Assembly: GCA_002104905.1 (NCBI GenBank)
Contig: MCFE01000059.1
Coordinates: 124,001-188,000 of the forward strand
DNA from: Basidiobolus meristosporus CBS 931.73
Lineage: Eukaryota; Fungi; Basidiobolomycota
Direction: 5' to 3'
Length of the DNA stretch: 64,000 nucleotides
Made by a program: the position numbers and the translations under genes. This document shows positions 11,495-24,177 of this stretch, in pieces (the stretch's first letter is position 1; each line of letters opens with the position of its first letter). The notes below the pieces were generated by a model. It did not search any database. It was not told the origin of the DNA and was given only the letters and a program-made list of their open reading frames with translations.

Positions 11495-13210
11495 CTAGCC
11501 ACATTCATCCTCCTGTTCAGAATACCCATCAGATTGATCATCCGAGTCGTATTCATCATCTGTGTAGTCAGAATCGTCCTCGCATTCGTCCTCTTCCTCA
11601 TCGTCTTCATCCCAATCCTCTTCACAGTCCGAACAGAACAGATTCCCTTTCGAGTCGTATGGATAATCTGTAGATCCCCTACGTTGTTGTTGCCATGTGC
11701 CACCAACCCTACTCTCCTCTGAGGGTCGCAAATATGAGCCGAGGTATTTCATGTGCTGCGAAGCAAATGCCTCTTTCCAACCGTCTCGCAAGTAGAAGCC
11801 CTTTGAATAGTCGGGGTACTTTCTGTGTTGTTTCTGAAACGCAATGGGATGCATTCTTGACGGGGCTTCAGAATAATCTGGCGGCGAGTAGTGGATGGAT
11901 TTCGGGGCGAAGCTGGAGGATCTTGGTGGCCTTAGCCCGGCTATCTTCCTAGCATTCCAGTTGTTGATCGGGCGATGGTACCGAATCTCACTGTTGAATC
12001 TCAGCCTTCGGTTTCTCCTTTTAGGCGCTAACCGTTGAGTCTTCGACGGTCTTAATTTGGGCCCCGATTGGTGCCACTTTCTCTGCTTGCTACTCTCCGG
12101 CAGTGGTGGATCCAGGAACTTGCAAGAGGGTTGCTTCGGATTTCTAGGATTTTGAATCCCTCGAATAGCACTCTTACAGTACTCCGAATCTGATGTCACG
12201 ACACATCCTGTACGGGGGTCACAATCGGCGTTTATTGGCCGCTCCCAGATCCTATCGTCAATATTCCCTAGTCCGTCTTTCTCATAACAAAAATCGCCTT
12301 CCTTGGTTCCATGACTAATGGTCTCTAGAGGGTCGCCATCATTTGGCATGCATTTTGCAACGCTCGCTCTACCTTTACGACTACACTTTAGCTCGGGGTT
12401 TCCACCTGTAATTGAAAGCAATGAACAAGAGTAGTAAACTCTTGTTTCGGAAGCTGAGAGAGCAACCCATTGTAGCACATATCTACCATAGGAGAGTGGT
12501 CAGTCCCAACGAAGAATGAGAACGCGGACCAACTCGAAACATACCTTCCATCCTTAAGGTTTGTCGGAATAGTGATCGTAGTATCATATCGCTCAGTGTC
12601 ATTTCTGTTTGACTGGTACTCACATCCTGGCCGAGCGTTGCAGGGGTGATCGCAATCGCCATACTGGAATTTGTTAGGACGCTCATCATGCCCATAACAC
12701 GTGAATTTCAAAACGTGACTGTAGAATGCAAGCTTAGGGACTGGCTATCTGGATTTGGCCCGAATGCTTATTACCTCTTGTATGCCTCTTCGTCATCAAT
12801 CTGGGACTCGGGAACTAAAGCTAGGCGAACAAAGCCTCCGCCATGATTGTTACTTGGCTACATGTATGTCCATATGTGGATTAGTGGTTGTACTTGTGAT
12901 TTGTCATCGGTCGCGATCACTCACCCATCCAACCTTGAGCCGTTCTCCTGCCTGGATAGGAGTTACTGGTCTCTTGCTACCCCTTACGGTTTCTTGGTTG
13001 TTGAAGAATAAGAGTTAATGCTTGTGTATCATTTCAAAAGGATCCAGACAAAAGTGGTATCATATACATACCACAAGGGCCGTCATCATAATACCCTCGC
13101 TCCGGATTGGGATCAAAGGAGCGCGGACAAGATAGCCAACTATGGGCATAAGTATACTGAAAGCAATGAAAAACCAGAAAAGCGCCAAGAGTGAAGATAA
13201 TATGTCTCAT
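11495..13210 (-). CDS. Secreted histidine-brace protein, AA11-like lytic polysaccharide monooxygenase with Cys-rich, basic and acidic C-terminal extensions
   Basis: Exons 13210-13072, 12992-12925, 12857-12775, 12718-12545, 12482-11495; GT-AG introns with consistent phases. The signal peptide ends TYA, so the mature protein starts His-Ser-Trp. Contains NNHGGGFVRLAL, TITIPTNLKDGRYVLQW and TRVYYSCSLLSITGG, which parallel AA11 HGGGSCQVSL, YTIP..GKYTLAW and REMYMNCAPLTVTG. Confidence 0.75.
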
Positions 13211-13937
13211 CTGGCAAAGGAGAGGCTCGAAGCACAACTTGGAAAGCTTCCTGCGGATCTTTGATTGCTATGCCTTACCCGATACGATAGAAGTGGTAAT
13301 GTGGGAATTCGATGCCAAGCAATTGGTTCTTCAACAATAGCGCCTGGTTTATTACAGAAAGTGGGAAAATGTTGGTCCATGGCGGCTACTTATACAATAG
13401 ACACCTCGTACTCGGAGATATCCATTGCAAAACCATCTCTTTCAAACGGATAAGAGGAATTAGGTTTCAAAAAGCCTTCACTAAATTCCTACGATTTCTT
13501 TCGGTTTTGGAGATGGCTCCCTGTGATAGCAGGGGAATTGGAGCAGCAAGAAAGTTCCGAGCCATGGCAACGTTTCGAGGACAGACCACTCCAGGGATTT
13601 TTCAGCGACAGTGATAGTATCCGGATAACCAATAGGAAAGTTGGCATGACAATGGGTCGTTAGATTGATCATCTTGTGCTCCGCGATTTCCGATACGTGG
13701 GCAAGCATACCTTGCATCCAACATGCTGAATGATGGGCCTAGCAAGCGCCACTACGTGAATGCCGGATCTCTGACAATTTCCTGGCTTTTATTGGTGGGG
13801 GTGTAGTATTAAGATTGATATATGACGCTAGATAAGTTTTAGGTTGCATCTAGTAGACAAGATAACGTATACAAAACTGTTGCCAGTGCGAATATAATGC
13901 GGACAGCTTAGTCTGCATTTGGTAATGGGTTGGCGTG

Positions 13938-15588
13938 TTATAAGGTGAAGCGGAAGGTGGGATTCTCGGCGATTTCGTCGACGATGATCCCGTGTGACTG
14001 ATCTCTATCAAATTTGTGATTCTCGCGCTTGAACAGAGTTCGTATGATCAGCGCCAAAATCACCGCCATGGTCAGAAAGCTAACGTTAATCATATGGCTA
14101 CGCAAGTATTGGGGCGCCTCATCGCCTCTATAGAACTGACCCGATATGGCCCCTTCGAATTCATCTTGGTAAGTATTGGCCACTGCGAATGGATGAAACA
14201 AGTATACAGACCTCCACAGTTCCCGAATGCTATGACCATTCCTGAGGCCGTAGCTGACTTGGTGGAGCCAACTGAATTGTTGGTGACCCACGATAACAGC
14301 ACCGGTACACATGCAAACGTACCCATTACGGTGATACATGCAGCAATGTACCTCCCTTTAAGATCGTCCAGGATGGCCAGGAGAACAAACCCCAAAATCC
14401 CCATACAGCCTGAACACACAAGGTGCACACAGCGCTCTTTAGTATGATCAGAGTGGATGGCGTATCCGATTGAGAAAATAAAAGCGAGAATATATGGCGG
14501 CGCTGTTAGCAGTTGTGCAATTAAATGCGTGAACCCAAGCCCTCGTATAATGGTGGGTAGCAGAAGCGCTAGCGAATAGACCGGCGTATTGATCCCAATA
14601 TACATGAACATGTATAGCCATGTCTTGGCATTGAGGACCGTCGCTAAAAATTGGCCTCGGTCAAAGCCATGGTCCGATTCAACTGTAACGGCGCTGTCGT
14701 AGCGGAGCCTTGACTCCGCCAGCTCTTTTTCAGACTCAGACAACCAACTTGAGGATTCTGGGTCATCAGGAAGATAGAACCAGACGACAATACCAATTAT
14801 GACTGTTGGAATACCTTCAAGAATAAAGATCCACTGCCACCCTCTCAACCCTCCTGTTCCCGATATTTGACTTATAAAGAAGGCCAACACTCCGCCAAAG
14901 GCGCCGGCCAATGAAGCTGACGCAAAGAATAATGCTACACGCGTGCATTGCTCGTCGCGGGTATACCAAAATGTCAGATAGAACACAATCCCTGGAAATA
15001 AACTACCTTTTCTATTACTTCCTGAGAGGCCGATTGTAAGTGATATCTTGCTAAAGCCTACCCAGCTTCCGCCACACCTAGAAAGAATCTAGTGGCCAGT
15101 AGGCCGGCGTAGCTTTTGACGCCGGCCATTGCAATGGTAACGCCTCCCCAGGTTACCATGATACGAGCTATCCACCGCGATGCTTTCCACTTTTTGAGCA
15201 TTAAATTTGACGGCACCTCAAATATAACGTAACCTAGATTGTATGTTGTCAGTTGAAGGAATTCCCTCCAATTTTGCATTGGACATACCAAAAAAGAATA
15301 TAGAGAGTGCCCAGGAATATTGCGAGCCGTCTATGTTTAGGTCCTCTTCTATGTTATCTAGCCGTGCATTGCCTAGATTTTATTATGTTTAATGGCGATC
15401 ATAGAGTGGTGTGAAAGTTCATTTTACTTACCGATATTAGTACGGTCAATAAAAGCACATAGATACAACAGGCTCACAAAGGGGATAATCCGTAGATCAA
15501 ATTTGCGACGGAGCTTCCTCTCTAGCTCCCTTCTATTCTCAGAGACGGACTCAACACGTATACTAGTTCTTTTCGTTACTGTGTCCAT
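13938..15588 (-). CDS. MFS transporter, anion:cation symporter (Dal5/Tna1-like) family
   Basis: Multi-exon. Motifs include RKFDLRIIP..FIDRTNIGNARL, FEVPSNLMLKK, RFFLGVAEAG, YLTFWYTRDEQ, GWQWIFILEGIPT and NPTFRFTL. Confidence 0.9.
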
Positions 15589-17218
15589 CGTTTACGGAAT
15601 CCCAGAAAAATGGGGGTGTCCTAGATTTAGAGTGGCCAGAATTCTTGGGAACTGGAATGGTTTTATACCTGGATACACTCCAGCTCTCCTTACCTTATCG
15701 ATCATTGGATTGGCCTCTTTATTTAAGCGGTATGGCCAGTTTGCTATTTAAACGGTGCGGCAGATCCAATGCTGTTGCTCTGAAATACTATAGCCTATGG
15801 TGTGATTGCATTGACTGCCCCTTCATTTCGGCCTGGCATTACATTAGTCTATGCCCTGCAACCACCGAATCAGAGACTGGATGGCAGAAACTACATGTAC
15901 TCATAGATGCAAACATAGATATTGATTTAGCATTCTCCCTGCACGAATACTTGTTTGGAGAATCAACCTTAGGATTTATGCACCTCGGCAGGCTTGATTA
16001 GTCCTATACATGAACTGCAGTTCAAGAACGCCCTACGTCATTACTCTGTTTATGTTCGACCAACACCATGTGACGATGTTTGTGAAGAGCGATCCACAAT
16101 ACGATATAGGCTCGTTTATTAATATAAACTTGAGGTCAACTTTGATGGTTGGGAATACCGTGCGAAAGCCTCGTCATCCACCCCATTTACTGGAGATCTG
16201 CATATCGCAGATACTAGGGTTCATTGATGTTTATCATCTCTCCTTTTCTTACAGCAACGGTACCAAGTGTTGCATACGGCTTGTTTGCGAATAGGCGATC
16301 CGTGTTTGTTTTTTGACGCTGTTATTGGGGCATGGCCCATGAAATGATCATGTCTATGTGATTCTAGGACAACATCATACGTGTATGGTTTGGGAGTACG
16401 GCAACCGATTAAGATGGATATTCCGGTATTCGTGGCTAATAGATACTGTCCATCTTTGAACATGCGCTCGAAAATCATTTTAGATTATGTAAGCGTTTTC
16501 TCCCAAATGTTAGTTGAATCTTCTCACTGGACAGGGAAGCGTGGGCAGGATTTTCAAGAGGAGCATTAACTTGGCACGTGGGTTCAGATTTAGTAAACGA
16601 ACCGATCTTATCAGGATACAAGGCGGTTCTACGTAGAGTTGAACCTTCAGCCGTAGATAAGGTTACTTCGAACATTCACCACCACCCTGCAATCACACCC
16701 AATTCAGCCGTTGATGCGCAGTTATTACCCACAATTAACACAGCGTACTTCAATGTAATGATAGTAACTTCGACGATAGATACTTGTTGGTAAATGATGT
16801 ATATACTTTTACAATCAAATACACCACCATAACTTCGTAGCTACATTGCTAATGTATATCGAAATGATCTCGGACCTAACCATGCCAAATTACATTCATG
16901 CTGCTATGGCTTAGTAACCGGGTGGAAGTGCTGTTTGACTCCCCTTGGTTAATCTTTAATTATTTGAACTGCGTTGCTCAGCTCCAGGTAGAGCAGTCAC
17001 GCAGGTCAATAGTATGCTTGACATGGTCTAGAAATTAGTCCCAAAAGATCCGTGTACATTAATGGAAAATTGTGGCACAAATCCGCTTCGGACCACAGAT
17101 GATGTTGAAATCCAATAGCATCGAATAGATGATTCGGAGCATCAATAATCATAAAAAACTTTTACTGTGAATGTAGATATTAGCTTTCTCTTGTGAGAAC
17201 GGGCAAACGTTGATTATC

Positions 17219-17662
17219 ATGTCTGCCAAAAAACCTGCTGCCACCGCATTTTTGAGAATCCTGGTCCCAGCTGGTAAGGCGTCCCCCTCACCTCCAGTTG
17301 GTCCCGCTTTGGGCCAGCGTGGTATCAAATCCATGGATTTTTGTAAGCAATTCAACGACCGTACGAAAGATATTGAGCCAGGCACCCCCATCCCCACGGT
17401 TATCACAGTTAAGCCAGACCGCACTTTCAGCTTTGTTACCAAGAGCCCGCCCACCTCTTGGCTACTCAAACGTGCAGCTGGTGTCGAGAAGGGAAGCTCT
17501 CAGCCCGGCAATCAAATCATAGGCAAGATCTCTCTAAAGCACGTCTATGAGATTGCTCTACGCAAGCAAAACGACGCCAACCTGGCTCATCAAGAATTGA
17601 AGAATATCTGTGGTTCGATTGTCGGCACCGCCAGATCCGTTGGTATCGAAGTCGTCCCCTAA
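17219..17662 (+). CDS. MRPL11: Mitochondrial ribosomal protein uL11m (yeast Mrpl19 homolog)
   Basis: Intronless. VPAGKASPSPPVGPALGQRGIKSMDFCKQFNDRT, PIPTVITVKPDRTFSF and GTARSVGIEV are uL11 signatures. Confidence 0.93.
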   Translation: MSAKKPAATAFLRILVPAGKASPSPPVGPALGQRGIKSMDFCKQFNDRTKDIEPGTPIPTVITVKPDRTFSFVTKSPPTSWLLKRAAGVEKGSSQPGNQIIGKISLKHVYEIALRKQNDANLAHQELKNICGSIVGTARSVGIEVVP

Positions 17663-18926
17663 ACTGCATTCGTATTCTTTAATAAACCTCATGTACTTAG
17701 TTAATATTTGACTGTAACGCTAGCTATATAGCGCGCAGTCAATCTATCAAATAGACTGAATAATTATTTGTCTGTTCGCTTGGCTCGATAGATGCTGTTC
17801 GACAGCAAGTATATTGTTATTCTGCGGCTGCACACCCTCGTGAGGGGGTGGATAGTTTGCGGTGCCACATAAGCATATGAATGGATAAACCACACCAAGT
17901 ATTCCCGTACTAAGCTCACTCCCAAAGTTCGAGAAGCTTCCGAACACATGTGATGTGACAAGTATACGGTTTGGCCTCCAAAGCCCGAAAGCCATCTCCT
18001 ATGCTGATGACAGCAATTTCTCGTCAGCCATGCAATATAAACAAACGATCACCGCAAAAAGATATGTCGGTCCATTGTGAATAGACCAGTATCCGATTAG
18101 TAGGAGCGTGCTTGCAACCTCGTGATCGTGTACGGTGGATATAATCAGGTGAATGGCTAGTGTCTTCGAATCGTCTCTGCGCACTAGGTCGAGTACATGC
18201 TAGGGGGATTGTTAGGAGTGCGCAATTTTAACTGGGCAGATTCAAAATCTAGACCAGTTTGGTAATCACGGTCTTGGTGGTTTCAAAAATGGAGGTTTAT
18301 CAATAAAACTCCGCGAAATTAAAGTTTTACCACTAGTCACTTGAAAAGCTCAATCAGTATTTCATGGAATGAGCAAACGGGAGTGATTGGTTTCAAGGAC
18401 ATGTTGGTGTATCTACCTGTACTATACACATCACAAGAAGTTGCAGAACGTGAAGGAAACCATGTGATTTACATATCCAAGGCCAAAGTCTGCACCTAGC
18501 AGGTTTCGTGATTTGAGTATTTCAGGTTTTCCGATATTTTCAACCGCTTTCAAGGCTCGGCATCATTGCACTATTGGTTGCTGGAGATTCGATCGAGAAG
18601 AGACACGCATTCAGTAGCTTGCCAAAGATGATGGCTTCTGCGTTGTTTTTCCCGGGAGAACGCTCTCAGATATGGAGTATAGGCATTCTGGGGAAATGTT
18701 AAGATCTGTGGTCTGTATAATTGGGTAGCTAAATTCAGTAATTCGCCATTAATGCTCGACTTTACATATTGTACACGTTTTATCAGGAAAATATGGGAAT
18801 TTCGAGATGTGGCAAGTCCTTGAGTGATCGTATTAATGAGCAAGTACTCCATTTAAGGCAACCATTAAATCATGTTCACACCACCATATATAAGGTCATC
18901 TTGGAGCTGCTTCGAGCGTATACCAA

Positions 18927-20264
18927 ATGAAACCCTCTTCCAGTCCGAGGCACATTGATGAAAGCTTTGCTGGAAAAAACAAGATACTGCTACGAGGCAC
19001 AATTGTTACTGGTAGAGACTTTTGGGCTTTAGGGGTGACCCTACTCTTGATTCATACTCCAGTGATTCTGTTCAGTGTATTTGTGTAAGTGGCATCCCTT
19101 TTAATCGTTTTGACAAAGTTTGAGATGGTGCCTGGCTTGTCCCCTCTTTAACATCGCTTTACCTTCTATATTTCAGTTGTCCTTTTGTATATATTAATAT
19201 CAGCCCAGCCGTCGTATTTGTTTTTGTATACCTTTACCTTCTATGCGTGTTCTCTTTGTTCAAAACATCTTGGACCGACCCAGGGGTAAGCCATAGCAAT
19301 AGACGCGACAGTTCTTCAGCCAACAAGTCACTTCTGTCTAACCTTGTTCTTTTTAAAGATCATTCCTCGAAATTTGGACCCAATCCAGCCCATGGCCACT
19401 TTAGGGGAGCCCTCAAGCTCCTCAGATTTAGTAGACCCGTCGTATTACCCTGTATCGACATATCCAGGAATGAAAGACGTCCTGATTAATGGAGTCTCAC
19501 TGAAACTCAAGTATTGCGACACGTGTCAACTCTATCGACCTCCTAGATGTAGCCACTGTCGACAGTGCGACAATTGCGTCGGTTAGTAAGCTGCTGAAAT
19601 AGTCAGACACTCGTTTCGCTGAACTAAACAGTTTTCAGAAAATGAGGACCATCACTGCATCTGGGTTAACAACTGCGTCGGTCGACGGAACTATCGTTAC
19701 TTCTTCACCTTCATATTTTCAACGTCGTTGCTGAGCTTGTACGTGCTTGGCTTCAGCCTTGGCCAACTTATACTTTATTGGAAGATGAAGAGAGAGGAGA
19801 GTCCGACCGGGATGTACTCTTTCCAGAAAGCCCTGGGTGAAAAGCCTGTCGGATATCCTTTTCTTGAAAGAGCTGCATTCCTCGAACCATGGTTTTCTCC
19901 ATCGTCCTTGACTAACAAACTCTAGTGTTGACAATCTACACGTTTGTATTTGGCTTTGTGCTGACAGCACTGACAGTGTATCACCTGTATCTGATATCCA
20001 AGAATATGACTACACACGAACAGGTAGAGTTTCTCAGCTATGCCTAGCGTACACCTATCCTAAAGCAACTCCGTTGTAGATACGCTCCTCGGTTAATATT
20101 CGGCGTGCTCCACACCCATTCAACTTGGGGAATTTTGCAAAGAACCTCATGCAGTTTATAGCACGACCCAAGCCGCCAAGGTACTCCATAAATATCCGTT
20201 CACAGCACATCGGTTAACCAAGACCTTTCTATCCAGTTATATAGAATGGAGAAAGATACATGAG
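18927..20264 (+). CDS. ERF2: DHHC palmitoyltransferase, Erf2/ZDHHC9-like
   Basis: Multi-exon. Contains [64 protein letters not shown] and NMTTHEQ. Confidence 0.85.
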
Positions 20265-20492
20265 CACTCCTCTCGAATGACCTCATTGCCTCGTTTCAAG
20301 CCTGCATTCCATCAAGAACAAGAACCAACCAACTTATAAACCATAATCGAGTGTGCCATATTTATTAATCTATCTATGATTTCTTTGGAATAAACGGACA
20401 TTCATGTTGCCCAGATTATGTCTGTTGGTTGCACTCCGATGTTATTTCCTGATGGATCGATATATGCTAGCCATGCTCCAGTAAGCGTATGT

Positions 20493-22275
20493 TTATTCGG
20501 CATTTTCTACTTCCTCGGGTTTTGCCTTTTTGGTTAAAGCATCCTCGCCTTCTACCTGCTTCCTCTTGATGTTTGCGAATACGATTTCTGGGGTGAGACG
20601 GAAAGAGGCACAATACATATCCTTGTTGGGGGCCACCGATCGGACGTGATGAATGATGGAGGTCTCGGCGTCCACTTTATATCCCATTATTTGGTGAATT
20701 CTCTGCGTTCAAATGTTAATAAGTGTGCTCATGGATAAGAATAACGTTCTCGTCATCTAACCTCCAAAATATCGGTCTTAGGATCTTCGCTTCGGGAGAA
20801 GCAATGGCAATGGACCATAGGGAGTTGGATAGAACGCTCCGCAAGCAAAGACTCTTTGCCGTGGAAAAGCCCAACAAATGCATCCAGAAACTCGATTGCG
20901 GTAGCCGGAAGGTTCATGACGTAGTGATTGAAGAATCGGAATGAGGAGCCATCTTTACAACTCTGGTTCAAAGTCTCAGTAGAGTTGCGGATGAAATCCC
21001 GACCGTCCATATTGAATGGAACACAAGTTTTGATTTTGTTCAGCTTAATGTTCTCGCAAAGCCATTTGTATGACTCAGGATTCAAATCGTTGGCGTATAC
21101 GGTGCACCCTTTCTTAGCGGCTGGCACGGCAAATGGACCAACACCGGCCATAACGTCGCCTAGAAAAGATGAGTTGCCTTAGTATGGATGTGATTTGAGA
21201 CGAGATGGGCTTGGAGAACCCTACATATATTCTCCTCCTTCTTGAACATCTGAACCAAGCGATCATGCTCTGTGTGAAGACGGGAGTTCCAATAAACCTT
21301 AGAGAAGTCGAACTTGAATTGACATCCGCTTTCGCGCTGAGATGACATTTGGTGAGTCTCGGATTGTGTGAATGCTATACATAAAGCTTGGCTACCATTT
21401 CGGCAATCATGTCGTTTTCGCCAGCAAGAACTTCCATCTTGAAGAAACGGAAGGTGGTATCAATAGAATCCAACTTGTTCACTACAGTTCGGATGTGCTT
21501 GGTTTTCTAGGGAGGGATTAGGATGCAACCAGATCATCGAATCTATAAATAGCGACATACGTCCAAAATGACTTCGCCAATAATCTTTTTGTACGGCAAA
21601 TACTCCTCACGCAAATTCATATGAGCTAAATCGCCTTGTTAGCTACCACAACCAAACACCTTCACTAGCTTAGATCACTAACCAATATGGCCAATGGTTT
21701 CATAAGAGGACTGAACAGGAAGCTCCTCAGGAAGGATAGCTCTCAAGATTTCCTCTTTAGAACTGTTAGCTTGGTGTATGTAAGAGAGGACTGGCAGACC
21801 TATTTACCCGTGTTCCAGTAGTCATACTTGACCGTGATTTGGTGCTCAACCAAATCCAACCCGTCAGCCTTGATCAAGCTTTTAACTTCCTCAGAAACGT
21901 TTTCAAGCTCTAAAATAGGCAACAAAACCCGGGATTAATTTCGAGACGCATGCAAAAACCTTCATTCCTATATGGTCACCTTTTGTCTGAGTATCCAGCT
22001 TCAACAACATTAATTTGGTGGTAGTAGAATCGTTATCCTCAACAATGTTGCGCATCCGGGGTTGATTCAAAAGCTCTCTATGACGCGCACTTCAGTTATA
22101 TTGTAGAGATAGAAAAACGAGGCAGGCGATGTTTTCATTTTTCTTACTTCGATAAAAGCTTCATGTACTTTCCAATGCTTTGGGTTGGAACTCTAATCGC
22201 GATCAACTTCAGGGTATTCTGGAAAACATCGCGGTTCAGCACGGTCATGGACCTTTGAAGTGGTGGGGCAATCAT
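20493..22275 (-). CDS. TRM5: tRNA (guanine37-N1)-methyltransferase Trm5
   Basis: Multi-exon. Contains FDFSKVYWNSRLHTEHDRL, MAGVGPFAVPAAKKGC.VYANDLNP, HYVMNLPATAIEFLDAF and VRSVAPNKDMYCASF. Start codon is approximate. Confidence 0.9.
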
Positions 22276-22709
22276 GTCTACACAGCGAAACCTCTAGAAA
22301 GGTAAACTGCAAACGAATGGATGCCATCACTCATATCTTCATCCGTCGATTTTTTTTGGACAAATATTCTTTTTGCGCTCTACTTGAATGATTTGCTTTT
22401 CCCAACCAATAACACTCGGGCAGATTATGGCGATACCTTGAGTGGACTGGTAAAATTCGAGGTCCACGTGATATGCTGGCATACATGTAAATCAGACCAA
22501 GCCTAATTTATTTGCAACAAGTAAAATATACGATTCCCTGAGTATTGGAGGAATATTTGTAGAGAATAGGTACAGTGAAAATAAGGATGTACTGGCTACC
22601 TTGACGAAATCATATATAACAACTGGAAATGAAATCACAAATATAGAATTCGTTGCAGAGCGATCGACTGTACCATCGTTATACCAGTTGAATACCAAGC
22701 ATCATTCCA

Positions 22710-24177
22710 TCAGAAGCTATTGCTACGAGACCAGCGTATTGCTTTGTTTTTAAGCTTTTGATCGAATGACTTGGTAAACCTGGCCATTTGAGCTTTGCAC
22801 TCAGACTTGAAATCCTTGTCATCCATCTCAATGTAGCTCTGGGGTACGCAATGAGCCTTACGAACGCTCTGGGCAAAGAAACTCCTGTATCCTCCGTCAA
22901 GCACATAGAGCTCTGGATAACTCAAATGAGGATAGTTGACAGCATTCAATTCTCGATCAAGGCTACGTAGATGATGAGCCCTAGAAATCATTCATAAGCG
23001 AGAGTTTCCAAGTTGAATTGATGAGGTCTTACATTCTTGGGGCTCGATGCGACGAATATTCACAATGAAATACAACTATCGTACGAGAATTCAATGTGGC
23101 TCGAGAATTTCCGAAGAAATGGCTCTCAAGCGACTCTTTGGTATTGAGATTGACAGCGTTCTGGATATGCCCTCCCTCATATTCGTACGGGAATCTACAG
23201 TCCACGACAATAAGCTTGTCGTAAGATCCTTCGTACTTCCCACTCAACACATCACAAAGCTGGGGAAAAGATGTTATTTGGTGCGCTGCAAGGTGAATGT
23301 AGTCAAGTACCTACAGTATTGGGAGAAATTCTTCGAAGAGCGTCTTTCTTGGTGGTAAAGCAAGGAAGTATGTATGACTCTCCATGGTTGTCGTCCATTT
23401 GACTTTTTGGTGAGTCCCCATATATAAACTCCTCTTGAATTTCACACATACTATGCATCTTTCGTAGTTTCGGTGGGGGTGGAGCTGCCTTACGACACAA
23501 CGCCAATCTGCTTGGCTGGCGAATAGGAGATAAAATGTCTTCATCAACCATAGCAAATGATATAGATTTCCTCAACTTGAAATCAAGAGGCATTCCAGAT
23601 ACCATCTGCGGACATCTGTATTGTTCGCGTTAGAAACATGGCCACAACCATACACACCATCGTGCTTACTTGTCCAATGGGCTCTCTAAGAAGTTGAGCA
23701 TTTTGGGAGGGGGTGATACCATGAGAGAGCTTTTGTGCTGAATACCAGATGGTGACTTGGTCTTGAATACATCATCATCCTCCAAAGCCACGTTGCATTC
23801 CATAGCTACTGGAGTATCACTTGACCTGAGTGAATCCAACAGACAACGTCTTGGTGTCTTCGAAATTGGACTACGCGCGAGAGATGGTTTTAGAATTCGA
23901 GAGAACTAATCGAGCAACAAGATAGGAAAAGTCCTAGATATACACCTTGGTTGGATGATAAGGTTCTGGTTCAAGTCAACCGCTAAAGAAGCCGGTGAAG
24001 GTACAGTAAAACTTCTCATAAATGAGGTACGGCGACAGGCCGAATCCGGGGATAAAAAACGTTTGCGTGGCAAATTGCATGGGGAGATGATATGACCAGC
24101 AGAACTCGTAATACTGACAGCTATGGCAGGGAAGGGCTTTAGTCAACACTGTGCAGCGAATTACTCATCCGAAACAT
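22710..24177 (-). CDS. CDC25: M-phase inducer phosphatase (Cdc25/Mih1), rhodanese fold
   Basis: Contains VDCRFPYEYEGGHI, catalytic HCEYSSHRAP (CX5R) and YPELYVLDGGYRSFF, with an SP/TP-rich N-terminal half. The 5' exon is tentative. Confidence 0.88.

Noticed and set aside
16970-17045. tRNA A-box-like GCTCAGCTCCAGGTAGAGC
   Set aside because: No T-loop (GTTCRA) and no acceptor-stem pairing.
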